A program made the position numbers and the translations under genes. A stretch of DNA of 64,000 nucleotides from a virus, in IMG/VR virus record IMGVR_UViG_3300025101_002824, positions 32,001 through 96,000 of that record. One strand, given 5' to 3'. Every line of letters begins with the position of its first letter. The stretch's first letter is position 1. The notes below the pieces were generated by a model. The model worked only from the letters and a program-made list of their open reading frames with translations. It did no database searches and had not been told where the DNA came from. This document shows, in pieces, positions 8,801 through 15,737 of the stretch.

Positions 8801-11057
8801 TCAAGCTATAATACAATCACAATATGGTCACCTAGATGTTCCAGCATTTAGAGAGCTTAGAAATAAATTAATGAGAGGTGAAACAGGCAGTAGAGCTTAT
8901 ACATCAGGATCAAGACAAGGAGATGTTGTATTAGATCCAAGACAAATTCAAGGTTTAAATATAGATATGGGTTTTGAAGGAACTCCTGCTGAATTAAAAT
9001 CACAATTAGAAGCAACATTAGCCCATGAGCTTGGTCATCAAATGGGTTCAAGTAAGTATATTAAAGATTTTAATTTAAATGATGCTGATTATAATTATAT
9101 ACAAAGTAAAATGAATGTTTCTGATGATGCAAATTCTCATGATAAATCTGTATATGAAAGAAAAGCAGATTTAGAAGCTTTAAGATATGATATGTATAAA
9201 ACTATAGGATTTAATTATGGTACAGATGTTTTAACTCCTGAAATACTTGAACAATATAAACAATACATTAAAAATAATCCTAATCCTAATTTACCAACTG
9301 AAAGAATGTTTCAGTTTTTTAATGATCAAGATATTATAGATATTAATAATACTGTAGCACAAAATTATGAAATAGGTGATGATATTGGTGATCCAATGAG
9401 TGTTAAGTATGGAGGTTCATTACCAAAAGCACAAATGTATAACTCTGAAACGCCAAGCTTTGGTGAAATAGCATTAGCATTAGAAAGACAAAAAAGATTA
9501 TATGAACCTTACGGTGGTTATGAGAATTTTGTTAAAATGGATGATTTTAATAGGTATCAAGGATATTTAAAAGATGGTGATATAGAATCTGCTAATCTTT
9601 TATTTCCACAATTTGCTAATATGAGTTTTGGTGATTATTATGGTCAAACTAGAGATAATTTAACTGCAGCACAAAATACACAAAATCCATATCTTCGTTC
9701 TAATCTTACAAATAAAGATGCAAATAATTTTGAGTTTACATATAAAGGTAAACCATATCATCCATATTCATATGAAGAAGTAGCTACTCCTCAATTTACA
9801 GAAGTAATGCAATTTTTAGATGAAGAAATAAAAAAATATGATGGAACTCAAGAAAATAGTAATATATTTCAAAATAGAGGAGACTTATTAAAATATATTA
9901 ATGAACAATTTCCAGAAGGATCAAAAGAAAGAGCATATATAAATTATAATAAATCTGTTCAAGACGGAATTAATTCAATGGTTTCAGGTTATGATCAAAA
10001 TTTACCATATGTACCAGAAGGATTTGATTTTGATAAAGATTATAATTATGAAAATATTAATATTGATTTTAATAATAATAATTTAAATAATCCTTATATA
10101 AATAATCTTAATACTCTTCCGCCAGATAATACAAGAGTAGTTACAAATCAAGTTAATTTTAATGATATACAAAAACTAAATAATAATCGTTCAAATCAAA
10201 CATTTATAAGTCAAGATAATAGAACTATTGGAGAAAGACAACGGGCTGCAGAATATACAGAAGCATATAAACAACATGAAGAACGGATGAAAAAAGGTAT
10301 AGCACCTAATATGATGTGGTTATATTCAACTGCACCAGCTTTTCAAGGTGCAGGTGGATATGAAAGAGCTGTAGAAGATTATAATTATAATCCAATTAAT
10401 GCATGGTCACCAATAGAAATTGCAGCTAGTACAGTTTTACCTTTTAAAGGTTATAATACAGTTATGTCTACACCTTTAAATGTAGTAAAAAATATACCAG
10501 GCAGAATAAAAAATGTAATTAAAGGTACAAGAGGAAGTGTACCATCAACAACAGTTAGAGGTAGTTCTATTAATCCTGTTACAGGCAGATCTTTAACATT
10601 TGGAGATTTAGCTAATGTAGGATGGGGTACTAATGCTGCAGTAAATACATTTCCTAATGCAATTAGTAATTTTCAAGAAGGTGATATTACTTCAGGTTTA
10701 GCAAATACTGCATTTGGAACATTTGAGTTAACTGGAGTACCTAGTAGTTTACTAAGAGGTTATAAAACATTACCTAATGCTGCAAAAGTATTTGGAAGTG
10801 GAAATATAGTTCCAACAACTGCTAGTGGATTACTTAATAAATATCCTAATTTAAAATATAATGAAAATATAGGAATGTTTAATACTGTTGGTAATAATCC
10901 TAATTTAAGAACATTTACAGGTATAAACCCACAATTTAATAAATCCTATGATAATATTATAGGACCAAGTATTGGACAATTACCATTATTTAAACCACAT
11001 CCATTTTATAAAGGACCTACACAATCACAATTTAGATCAATATTAAGGAACCAATAA
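2844..11057 (+). CDS. 2737-aa modular (polyvalent) putative virion cargo protein: His/Cys protease-like, T4-lysozyme-like and HExxH zincin modules separated by GG..KAQ linkers
   Basis: IIIMQHG...CYMGVC (3594/3747); ELQTD (6189); ATIGFG...LADYTYNLG...DKALAE (from 7107); LAHELGH...YERKAD (9024); six linker copies. Confidence 0.8.
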   Translation: MARKLKKLAKAQKGYVGEVEDGTFMLNPDVAYTSSRGVPGGKPQYQAVIYYDPRDPEGYFSSDLERMTPELNERYGVGNWIARPLPNVALSDTYQTIADENEANSYLKQTRKKREEIRKQFGDLELDLYKRKEGLEGYNEADYDPESKEIIELQNKLRRLGKEEEELMKTLSPLTYSDQDHFYNVNKGEFKLLDDALFESKDHLNYILNEIKLAELEEQEQQYISPVDATNKYFQDIKNLSPTGDIIIMQHGTSKVGPIMYGEQERKHFGYDQTPGLTDTFAEVINETFDDASGITCYMGVCKKSDAGQRLADETNMKVNVASGNQWSGYQTNFGDTFIDRFFGTGSERPDVNYGALYGYDTYDGSGAIANKNYGGDIDYGITPNASDTFSGYSNQTAPPVEIISDADYAAQQRQDLINQSVASNQNQGVIYSKNQQNLDRLKKSNSLVALYSGLKDTYDALTDDGKYGGSLPKLQPGGKAGLLKYGINALKYTPKKIRPDLLKLIRTNNPNLDLRGINQTFDFNPQLIGVNELNLKGIDFGNLTDYEKAVISNINQPDFQPVGNFADLAKNYSQFNVDKNFAIDAANMAVDLKEINPKFYIELLTKGKPSSFMNEIFADPRIPIFNARNPVIGNQEIDWDNRHATKLRDNFTNEFEKNLRSYGKYGFYASGVPLQGATSFQRLTSNPKNRFNNFSFKTKPYGENVSYVQEPSYQYIDINTPVADYVVNAGLMNVDPITNLATFRGRGEMANQHNFLLGRTNSPSLILSGDEGFANTSGGNTIRKNIAGISTPGRGKNVLDINAQIAPLLTEKFSLNTPFEGTFMKFPRIQTYRRKTDGSMPRKSFISDYLGREFELSDWDYKAFVEDPNMPLLERNLTREEFNLLDPFKKRQYFDEQGILFDPLESLYKKEGGALAKAQKGKIVTRLADNFFSGFNNMITKKPFLPVKQFDKFLLKNFNKGEAMFIENTLKNNPSLISNNQIDLSKLKEQSFSDLAVTNHAFQPLLNNLDARMIDGTQGFRSKWTGMESSDGADFGLYRYPDLLPSQFSYLPGGFTEFKGTRITPTNYSVSMPNLLKKPYLDSHHDGLHILDPLAMGWVRGFVDAENPGLFILKELQTDINKDPMFDFLSNKNRSELLKIKPQVEKRNDKYFSNLNDINNKINNIQQRKNEIFGLDEFADEYNALDIQQQELARLAQTGENLYPTSRRIMDNSDLNLESLIPMSRIGSKPYYRFENETLNFLQNSGFNKIVIPNATSISNIQGWNAMDGLTKSQKGTLGYYSNLQKNPQLINTGNTYDLDNYSGTIFDLQRKSYNPFKEYGGQTEGYALDDTPDDIKYKTGGQTFTIKKAQKGNAEVTFKDEYEQFENFIQEEETSWDYVKNKDSAVLKPDGKTYYKVYEDGKFYPYYHQNSNGTYESEATIGFGRKGADIFDTYKSGLSLEDAELFRKEDIDNALRKTKIFIDANYGETAYDNLPARTKFMLADYTYNLGKLSKYPKFADAIMTNNIDKALAEYIRNDEKGGSPLARNEGYLNMYLQPWINNINEEELKRQEANLKMIQELQNQTVIPADNTMIGTNPFGGFKDGGELFKAQPGTEVNLAETYKYIPSEFLNVPEGEFTFDYKNKDGNVETRTGVYNPQWFEQGFEDSDAYNALSDDEKITFANNPYINNEGDMVHPLLWNKETLEKENKKRFLHGLYQKMYTKQDDGSYILNPEYETALGDARYLTTTDVPYSEILDDGAFSSTLAADPNNTSWYRELKPEIFTDGKTTTGYTWDKDSQEFVRTSNMTYKDLVKQYKYIKNMPGMEGISKKEYKNRLQQGDIYWPQLQSPAQEAQFQEQYKSIMNPIKKEDVQLQKDFYDNAISGDLYKQKLINQGYENVDEIIDMRKDALANSKVMYDADSNSYRDEAYDDDPNLIKKILDKVTFLNDQYKDSGIDYNYKDVFFANPYYTRIGEERTEADLNYDSRKIRNEAEPNIFTDDQFQAIIQSQYGHLDVPAFRELRNKLMRGETGSRAYTSGSRQGDVVLDPRQIQGLNIDMGFEGTPAELKSQLEATLAHELGHQMGSSKYIKDFNLNDADYNYIQSKMNVSDDANSHDKSVYERKADLEALRYDMYKTIGFNYGTDVLTPEILEQYKQYIKNNPNPNLPTERMFQFFNDQDIIDINNTVAQNYEIGDDIGDPMSVKYGGSLPKAQMYNSETPSFGEIALALERQKRLYEPYGGYENFVKMDDFNRYQGYLKDGDIESANLLFPQFANMSFGDYYGQTRDNLTAAQNTQNPYLRSNLTNKDANNFEFTYKGKPYHPYSYEEVATPQFTEVMQFLDEEIKKYDGTQENSNIFQNRGDLLKYINEQFPEGSKERAYINYNKSVQDGINSMVSGYDQNLPYVPEGFDFDKDYNYENINIDFNNNNLNNPYINNLNTLPPDNTRVVTNQVNFNDIQKLNNNRSNQTFISQDNRTIGERQRAAEYTEAYKQHEERMKKGIAPNMMWLYSTAPAFQGAGGYERAVEDYNYNPINAWSPIEIAASTVLPFKGYNTVMSTPLNVVKNIPGRIKNVIKGTRGSVPSTTVRGSSINPVTGRSLTFGDLANVGWGTNAAVNTFPNAISNFQEGDITSGLANTAFGTFELTGVPSSLLRGYKTLPNAAKVFGSGNIVPTTASGLLNKYPNLKYNENIGMFNTVGNNPNLRTFTGINPQFNKSYDNIIGPSIGQLPLFKPHPFYKGPTQSQFRSILRNQ

Positions 11058-11074
11058 AATAATTTTATAATCAC

Positions 11075-11106
11075 TTGCAAGTTATATAAAAAAGTTTATA
11101 ACTTTG
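11075..11106 (+). promoter_or_regulatory. Bacteroidota sigma70-type promoter (-33 TTG / -7 TAnnTTTG)
   Basis: TTG at 11075-11077, 21-nt spacer, TAACTTTG at 11099-11106, upstream of ORF 11127 and phoH. Confidence 0.6.
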
Positions 11107-11126
11107 CAACCAAAAACATTAATAAG

Positions 11127-11414
11127 ATGAGTTTTAGTTACGAAGAATATAGCAAAATGACAGAAATGGAACAATTAAAAAATGAAGAAAAGTTCATATA
11201 TCATGCATTTACTAATTCGTATTACCTTCTTATAGGAGGGAAAAAACTTGAAGATGTTGTTAATGTAGAAAAATTAGAATCATTTATATTTATGCATGAT
11301 ATTACAGATACTCCTACTAAGGATGATGTACAAAATCTTATAGATTATTTTGCTGAAAGAGATGATTTTGAAAAATGTATTAAACTTAGAGATAAGTATA
11401 ATACAAATAAATAA
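11127..11414 (+). CDS. Small protein with a C-terminal UvrB/UvrC (UVR)-like helical motif
   Basis: LIDYFAERDDFEKCIKLRDK resembles the UVR motif E-D-[FY]-E-x-A-x-x-L-R-D. Confidence 0.55.
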   Translation: MSFSYEEYSKMTEMEQLKNEEKFIYHAFTNSYYLLIGGKKLEDVVNVEKLESFIFMHDITDTPTKDDVQNLIDYFAERDDFEKCIKLRDKYNTNK

Positions 11415-11429
11415 TTTTAAACTTTAAAT

Positions 11430-12095
11430 ATGCCAACGGCAAATAAAGCAAAGACTCCTCCAAAAGGAGCAATCAGATTTTCAATTTCACTATCTGATGA
11501 GCAAAAAAAAGCAAAAGCAGAAATTTTAAAAACACCTTATAATTTTATTGTAGGTAGAGCTGGTAGCGGTAAAACATTACTTGCAGTACAAATAGCTTTA
11601 GATCAATTTTTTAAAAGACAATACAATAAAATAATTATAACAAGACCTACTGTTTCTACTGAAGATAATGGGTTTTTACCTGGTTCTGAACGTGAAAAAA
11701 TGGAACCTTGGCTAGTACCAATTAGATCTAATATGAGAAAGGTTTATAACAAACCTCAACTTTTAGATAAAATGGAAAAGGATGAAACTATAGAATTATG
11801 CTCTCTGGCGCATTTTAGAGGCCGTACATTTGATAACTCTATTGTAATAGTAGATGAGTTCCAAAACTTAACTAGAAGTCAATTAGCAATGGCTATTGGA
11901 AGACTAGGTAAAGACTCTAAAATGATTTTTTGTGGTGATTCATATCAAATAGATTTAAAAGATAAGAACTATTCAGCATATCATGATATGTCAAAACTAG
12001 TAAATTCAAAACATGTATTTAAAACTGTATTAGAAGATTCACATAGACATGATGCAATAGAAGAACTACTTGATCTTTTAAACGGTTATCACTAA
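11430..12095 (+). CDS. phoH: PhoH-family ATPase
   Basis: GRAGSGKT Walker A, ITRP, GFLPG, FRGRTF, IVDEFQN, RLG and GDSYQID are the PhoH signature motifs. Confidence 0.95.
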   Translation: MPTANKAKTPPKGAIRFSISLSDEQKKAKAEILKTPYNFIVGRAGSGKTLLAVQIALDQFFKRQYNKIIITRPTVSTEDNGFLPGSEREKMEPWLVPIRSNMRKVYNKPQLLDKMEKDETIELCSLAHFRGRTFDNSIVIVDEFQNLTRSQLAMAIGRLGKDSKMIFCGDSYQIDLKDKNYSAYHDMSKLVNSKHVFKTVLEDSHRHDAIEELLDLLNGYH

Positions 12096-12165
12096 TAAAT
12101 TAAACTTATTTTATTTAATTTTTAAAAAAATTTATAAAAGTAAACCTTTATTGTTTATTTTTTTG

Positions 12166-12173
12166 TATATTTG
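12166..12173 (+). promoter_or_regulatory. Bacteroidota-type -7 element (TATATTTG)
   Basis: Matches TAnnTTTG in intergenic DNA ahead of the operon starting at 12203; preceded by TAAAC-N7-GTTTA palindromes. Confidence 0.5.
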
Positions 12174-12202
12174 TAATGTATATTAACCATAAAAATAAAA
12201 AA

Positions 12203-12472
12203 ATGGCAAAAGAAAAAGTTGAGCTGTCTGAAGAACAAATGGCAGCTAAAAGAGAAGAGTTAACAATCTTCTACAAAGAAAACATTGTGCATTTAAAAGC
12301 ACAATTAGAGTATGAAGAATGTCTAAGAGACATAGAAAAAGCTAGAGCTGAAAGAGTTCAAGCACAAATGTTTTTAGCACAAGCAATGGGAGCTAGTACT
12401 GAAGAATCTAATGATACACCTGATGAAGTACCTGCAAAAAGAACTTTAAAAAAGGTGGCAGATGAAGTATAG
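12203..12472 (+). CDS. Hypothetical coiled-coil protein (likely start MAKEK)
   Basis: The track starts at 12176; the ATG at 12203 has an AAAAAAATG context. Confidence 0.7.
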   Translation: MAKEKVELSEEQMAAKREELTIFYKENIVHLKAQLEYEECLRDIEKARAERVQAQMFLAQAMGASTEESNDTPDEVPAKRTLKKVADEV

Positions 12473-13085
12473 TAGAGAACATATTAAAAGATCTGTAGAA
12501 TCTAAAGGTTATAAATGGTTTGAAAACGGAGATTTCAATGTAAATATTGTAGGTATTAGAAATGCTGAAACAGCTGGAAAAGTTACAAATAAATTTGATG
12601 ATACAATAACTATTTCTTATAAAGAAAATGGAGTTTGGAAATATTATGAATTTGATTGTACTACTGATCCAGGATCACATTACATGGATGCTCCTATAGT
12701 TAAATCAAAAGGTACTGCAATACTAAAAGAAGGGCAGTATAGAGGATCTCATAAAATTAGAAAACACCAAGGTAGATATGAAGCTTTAGGTCAATGTAAA
12801 CCTGTTACTGTATATAGAGATAACAACAGAGATGATGTATATAATCTAAATACAGAAAACTTAGATACAGGTTTGTTTGGTATAAATATTCATAGAGCAA
12901 CTAAATATGCTGGTAAAAAATCAACACAAGTAGATAAGTGGTCTGCTGGTTGTCAGGTTATTGCAGACAATGATGATTGGAGATTTTTCATGAAAGTCAT
13001 GAGAAAAGCAAGAGATACTTGGAGTAACAGTTTCACTTATACTTTACTTAACAGCAATGATATTGTTAAAACATGGCTGTCGTAA
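12462..13085 (+). CDS. YkuD/L,D-transpeptidase-like cysteine enzyme, candidate endolysin or cell-wall hydrolase
   Basis: GINIHRA...WSAGCQV matches the H-x(14-17)-S-x-G-C catalytic motif. Confidence 0.6.
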   Translation: MKYSREHIKRSVESKGYKWFENGDFNVNIVGIRNAETAGKVTNKFDDTITISYKENGVWKYYEFDCTTDPGSHYMDAPIVKSKGTAILKEGQYRGSHKIRKHQGRYEALGQCKPVTVYRDNNRDDVYNLNTENLDTGLFGINIHRATKYAGKKSTQVDKWSAGCQVIADNDDWRFFMKVMRKARDTWSNSFTYTLLNSNDIVKTWLS

Positions 13086-13426
13086 AAAAAGTAGATAAAA
13101 GGATTAGAGTTTCTAAAGATGATATTATAAAATATCAAATAGTTACTTATTGTTTTTTAAATGATATTCAAATAAGTAAAGCTGATTTAGATTGTTTATG
13201 TGAATTAGCAAAACTTAAAACTACAGAATTAAATAAATTTTGTAAAGTAATATCTGAAAAACAAATTTTTAAAAGTGCTCAATCATGCAGAAATGCTATT
13301 CAAAAAGCAAAAAGTAAAGGCTTGATTAAAAAAGACAATAAAAAAATCCTATTATCAGAAAATATTCAGTTGCAAGTTGATGGTACTATTTTATTAGATT
13401 TTAAAATTCTTAGTGTTGAAGAATAA
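13073..13426 (+). CDS. Basic protein, possible winged-helix DNA-binding regulator
   Basis: ISKADLDCLCELA...SAQSCRNAIQKAKSKGLIKK resembles a wHTH recognition helix plus wing. Confidence 0.45.
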   Translation: MAVVKKVDKRIRVSKDDIIKYQIVTYCFLNDIQISKADLDCLCELAKLKTTELNKFCKVISEKQIFKSAQSCRNAIQKAKSKGLIKKDNKKILLSENIQLQVDGTILLDFKILSVEE

Positions 13427-13787
13427 CATAAAACCTAAAACTTATAAAACATTTTATAAGGATATTGCAAAAGAATGTGAAGTACATGAAAATTTGGTAG
13501 AGGAATTTGTTAGATTCTTTTATAACAAAGTAAGACATGAACTAGAAGAATTAAATAATACTAGAGTTCTTTTACCAAATTTAGGTACTTTTATAATAAG
13601 AAAAAATAGATTAGAAAGATCTATAAAAAGACATAAAGATATGTTAGGTAATATGGAAAAAACTACATATTCTGGATATGGTAAACATTTACCAGTAAAA
13701 GAAAAACTTATTAAAATGGAAAAAACATTAGACCGTATAAATATAGAAATAGATAATAAAAAAAATTGGAAAAATGAAACTAGGTAA
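13413..13787 (+). CDS. HU/IHF-like DNA-binding protein
   Basis: KDIAKEC...LVEEFVRFF...RVLLPNLGTFIIRK follows the HU/IHF helix-helix-beta-arm pattern; such genes are typical of crAss-like phages. Confidence 0.6.
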   Translation: MLKNNIKPKTYKTFYKDIAKECEVHENLVEEFVRFFYNKVRHELEELNNTRVLLPNLGTFIIRKNRLERSIKRHKDMLGNMEKTTYSGYGKHLPVKEKLIKMEKTLDRINIEIDNKKNWKNETR

Positions 13788-14094
13788 ATTATTAGGAGCA
13801 ATAAAACATTTAGATCAAGTATATGAAGGTGTTAAAAATAATATTTGGAAAAAAGACTATGTAGAAATTATTGCAGGAGATAGATATAGCATATGTAAAG
13901 AATGTGATTATCTAGATATAAAAGGTAGTCACTGTGCTGCTTCAGGTACTCAACCTTGTTGTGCAAATTGTGGATGTAGTCTTGCTTTTAAAACAAGAGC
14001 ATTATCTTCTTCATGTCCAAGTGGTAAATGGGATGCTATAATGTCAGATCAAGATGAAAAAGCATTAAATGAAATAATGAGTAAAAAGAAATAA
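13774..14094 (+). CDS. Small Cys-rich Zn-binding protein
   Basis: CKEC...CANCGC...CPSGKW. Confidence 0.65.
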   Translation: MKLGKLLGAIKHLDQVYEGVKNNIWKKDYVEIIAGDRYSICKECDYLDIKGSHCAASGTQPCCANCGCSLAFKTRALSSSCPSGKWDAIMSDQDEKALNEIMSKKK

Positions 14095-14096
14095 TT

Positions 14097-14930
14097 ATGG
14101 CAGTAGTTTTTAAAGAAGATGGGCATATATATCAAAGTTTAGATGAAAATTTAGAAAAAGATAAAATAAACTGGACAAGTGTTACTTCTTTTATTGCTAA
14201 GTTTAAACCTAAGTTTGATAAAGAAGCTGTTGCAAAAAAATCTTGTAAGAATAAACGTTCAAAATGGTATGGTCTTAAACCTAAAGAAGTTATAAATATT
14301 TGGGAAAAAGAAAGTCAAAGAGCTATTGATTTAGGTAATTGGTATCATAATCAGAGAGAATCAGATATGCTTGATTTTAAGACTATAGAACGTGAAGGTG
14401 TAGAAATACCTATTATAAAACCAATAGTTGATTCTAATGGTGTTAAAATAGCCCCTAATCAAAAATTAGAACCTGGTGTTTATCCAGAACATTTTGCTTA
14501 TCTAAAATCTGCATGTATTTGTGGTCAAGCAGATTTAGTAGAAATAGTTAACGGAAAAGTAAACATTACAGATTATAAAACAAATAAAGAAATAAAAGAA
14601 AAAGGTTTTGTAAACTGGGAAGGTATAACATCTAAAATGTTTAAACCTTTAACTCATCTTGATGATTGTAATTTAAATCATTATAATATACAATTAAGTT
14701 TATATATGTATATTATCCTTAAGCATAATCCAAAATTAAAACCTGGTAAATTAACAATACAACATGTATCTTTTGAAAAAGAAAAAGATGATAAAAATGG
14801 TTATCCAATAAATAAGTATGATTCTAATGGAGAACCTATTATAAAAGAAATAAAAATGTATAACCTACCATATTTAAAAGATGAAGTAAGAAGTCTAATA
14901 ATGTGGATAAAAGACAACCCATTATGTTAG
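14097..14930 (+). CDS. PD-(D/E)xK (RecB/Cas4-like) nuclease
   Basis: SVTSFI...GNWYH...GQADLV...ITDYKT...HYNIQLSLY. Confidence 0.85.
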   Translation: MAVVFKEDGHIYQSLDENLEKDKINWTSVTSFIAKFKPKFDKEAVAKKSCKNKRSKWYGLKPKEVINIWEKESQRAIDLGNWYHNQRESDMLDFKTIEREGVEIPIIKPIVDSNGVKIAPNQKLEPGVYPEHFAYLKSACICGQADLVEIVNGKVNITDYKTNKEIKEKGFVNWEGITSKMFKPLTHLDDCNLNHYNIQLSLYMYIILKHNPKLKPGKLTIQHVSFEKEKDDKNGYPINKYDSNGEPIIKEIKMYNLPYLKDEVRSLIMWIKDNPLC

Positions 14931-15442
14931 CTAAATTATTTGATGTACAAAACGGTAAAGTAATACCATCAGAACATTGTTATTCTTTAAAAACATTAAA
15001 AAATATTATGGATAAATATCCAGATACTTATATGCAAGTTTATTTATATATTTTTTATATGACTTGTCCTGATCCAGATATGAATCCATTTTTTAATATG
15101 CCAGAACATGAAAAAGAAGAATTAATTGTAGATGAAATAGGTTTAGAAGAATCTTCTGAAGATGAATCTATTAGAAATGCTGTTAGGTTTTGTGAAGATT
15201 TATATCAAACACCAACATATAGAGCATATAAAGGAATTAAAACAATGCTTGATAGATTAGCAAGATATATGGAAACTACATCTATTGAACACGGTAGAGA
15301 TGGCAACCTAACATCATTAGTAAATACTGCTGCTAAATTTGAACAAATAAGACAATCATTTAAAGGGGCATATAATGATATGAAAGATGAACAAAAAAGT
15401 CAAGTACGTGGAGGACAAGGCTTGGCTTATGATCAAATGTAA
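14924..15442 (+). CDS. Conserved protein upstream of terminase, candidate small terminase subunit
   Basis: Position, size and helical content only; likely start MLAKL at 14924 (track gives 14903). Confidence 0.4.
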   Translation: MLAKLFDVQNGKVIPSEHCYSLKTLKNIMDKYPDTYMQVYLYIFYMTCPDPDMNPFFNMPEHEKEELIVDEIGLEESSEDESIRNAVRFCEDLYQTPTYRAYKGIKTMLDRLARYMETTSIEHGRDGNLTSLVNTAAKFEQIRQSFKGAYNDMKDEQKSQVRGGQGLAYDQM

Positions 15443-15461
15443 TAACCAAAAATAAAAAAAA

Positions 15462-15737
15462 ATGCAAAAAATTATTCCATTAGGTAACAAAGTATTAATT
15501 AAGTTACATGAAAAAAAAGAAACTTATGGTAACACTGGAATTTATATTCCTGATTCAGTACAAGAAGATCCAATGACAGGAACAGTAATGTCAGTTGGTG
15601 AAGATGTAAAAACAATGAAAGAAGGAGACAATGTTAGAATAAGTGAATTTGGTACTCCAATGAGTATTGAATCAGAAGGTAAAGAATGTTTATTATTTAA
15701 TCAGCAAGATATTGTTGCTAAAGTAGTTGATGTATAA
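15462..15737 (+). CDS. groES: GroES/Cpn10-like co-chaperonin
   Basis: IIPLGNKVLIK, mobile loop TGIYIPD, GTVMSVG, KEGDNV, DIVAKV. Confidence 0.9.
   Translation: MQKIIPLGNKVLIKLHEKKETYGNTGIYIPDSVQEDPMTGTVMSVGEDVKTMKEGDNVRISEFGTPMSIESEGKECLLFNQQDIVAKVVDV

Noticed and set aside
14097-14930. Cas4-like gene as part of a CRISPR system
   Set aside because: No repeat-spacer array or other cas genes seen; a solo PD-(D/E)xK nuclease is ordinary in phages.
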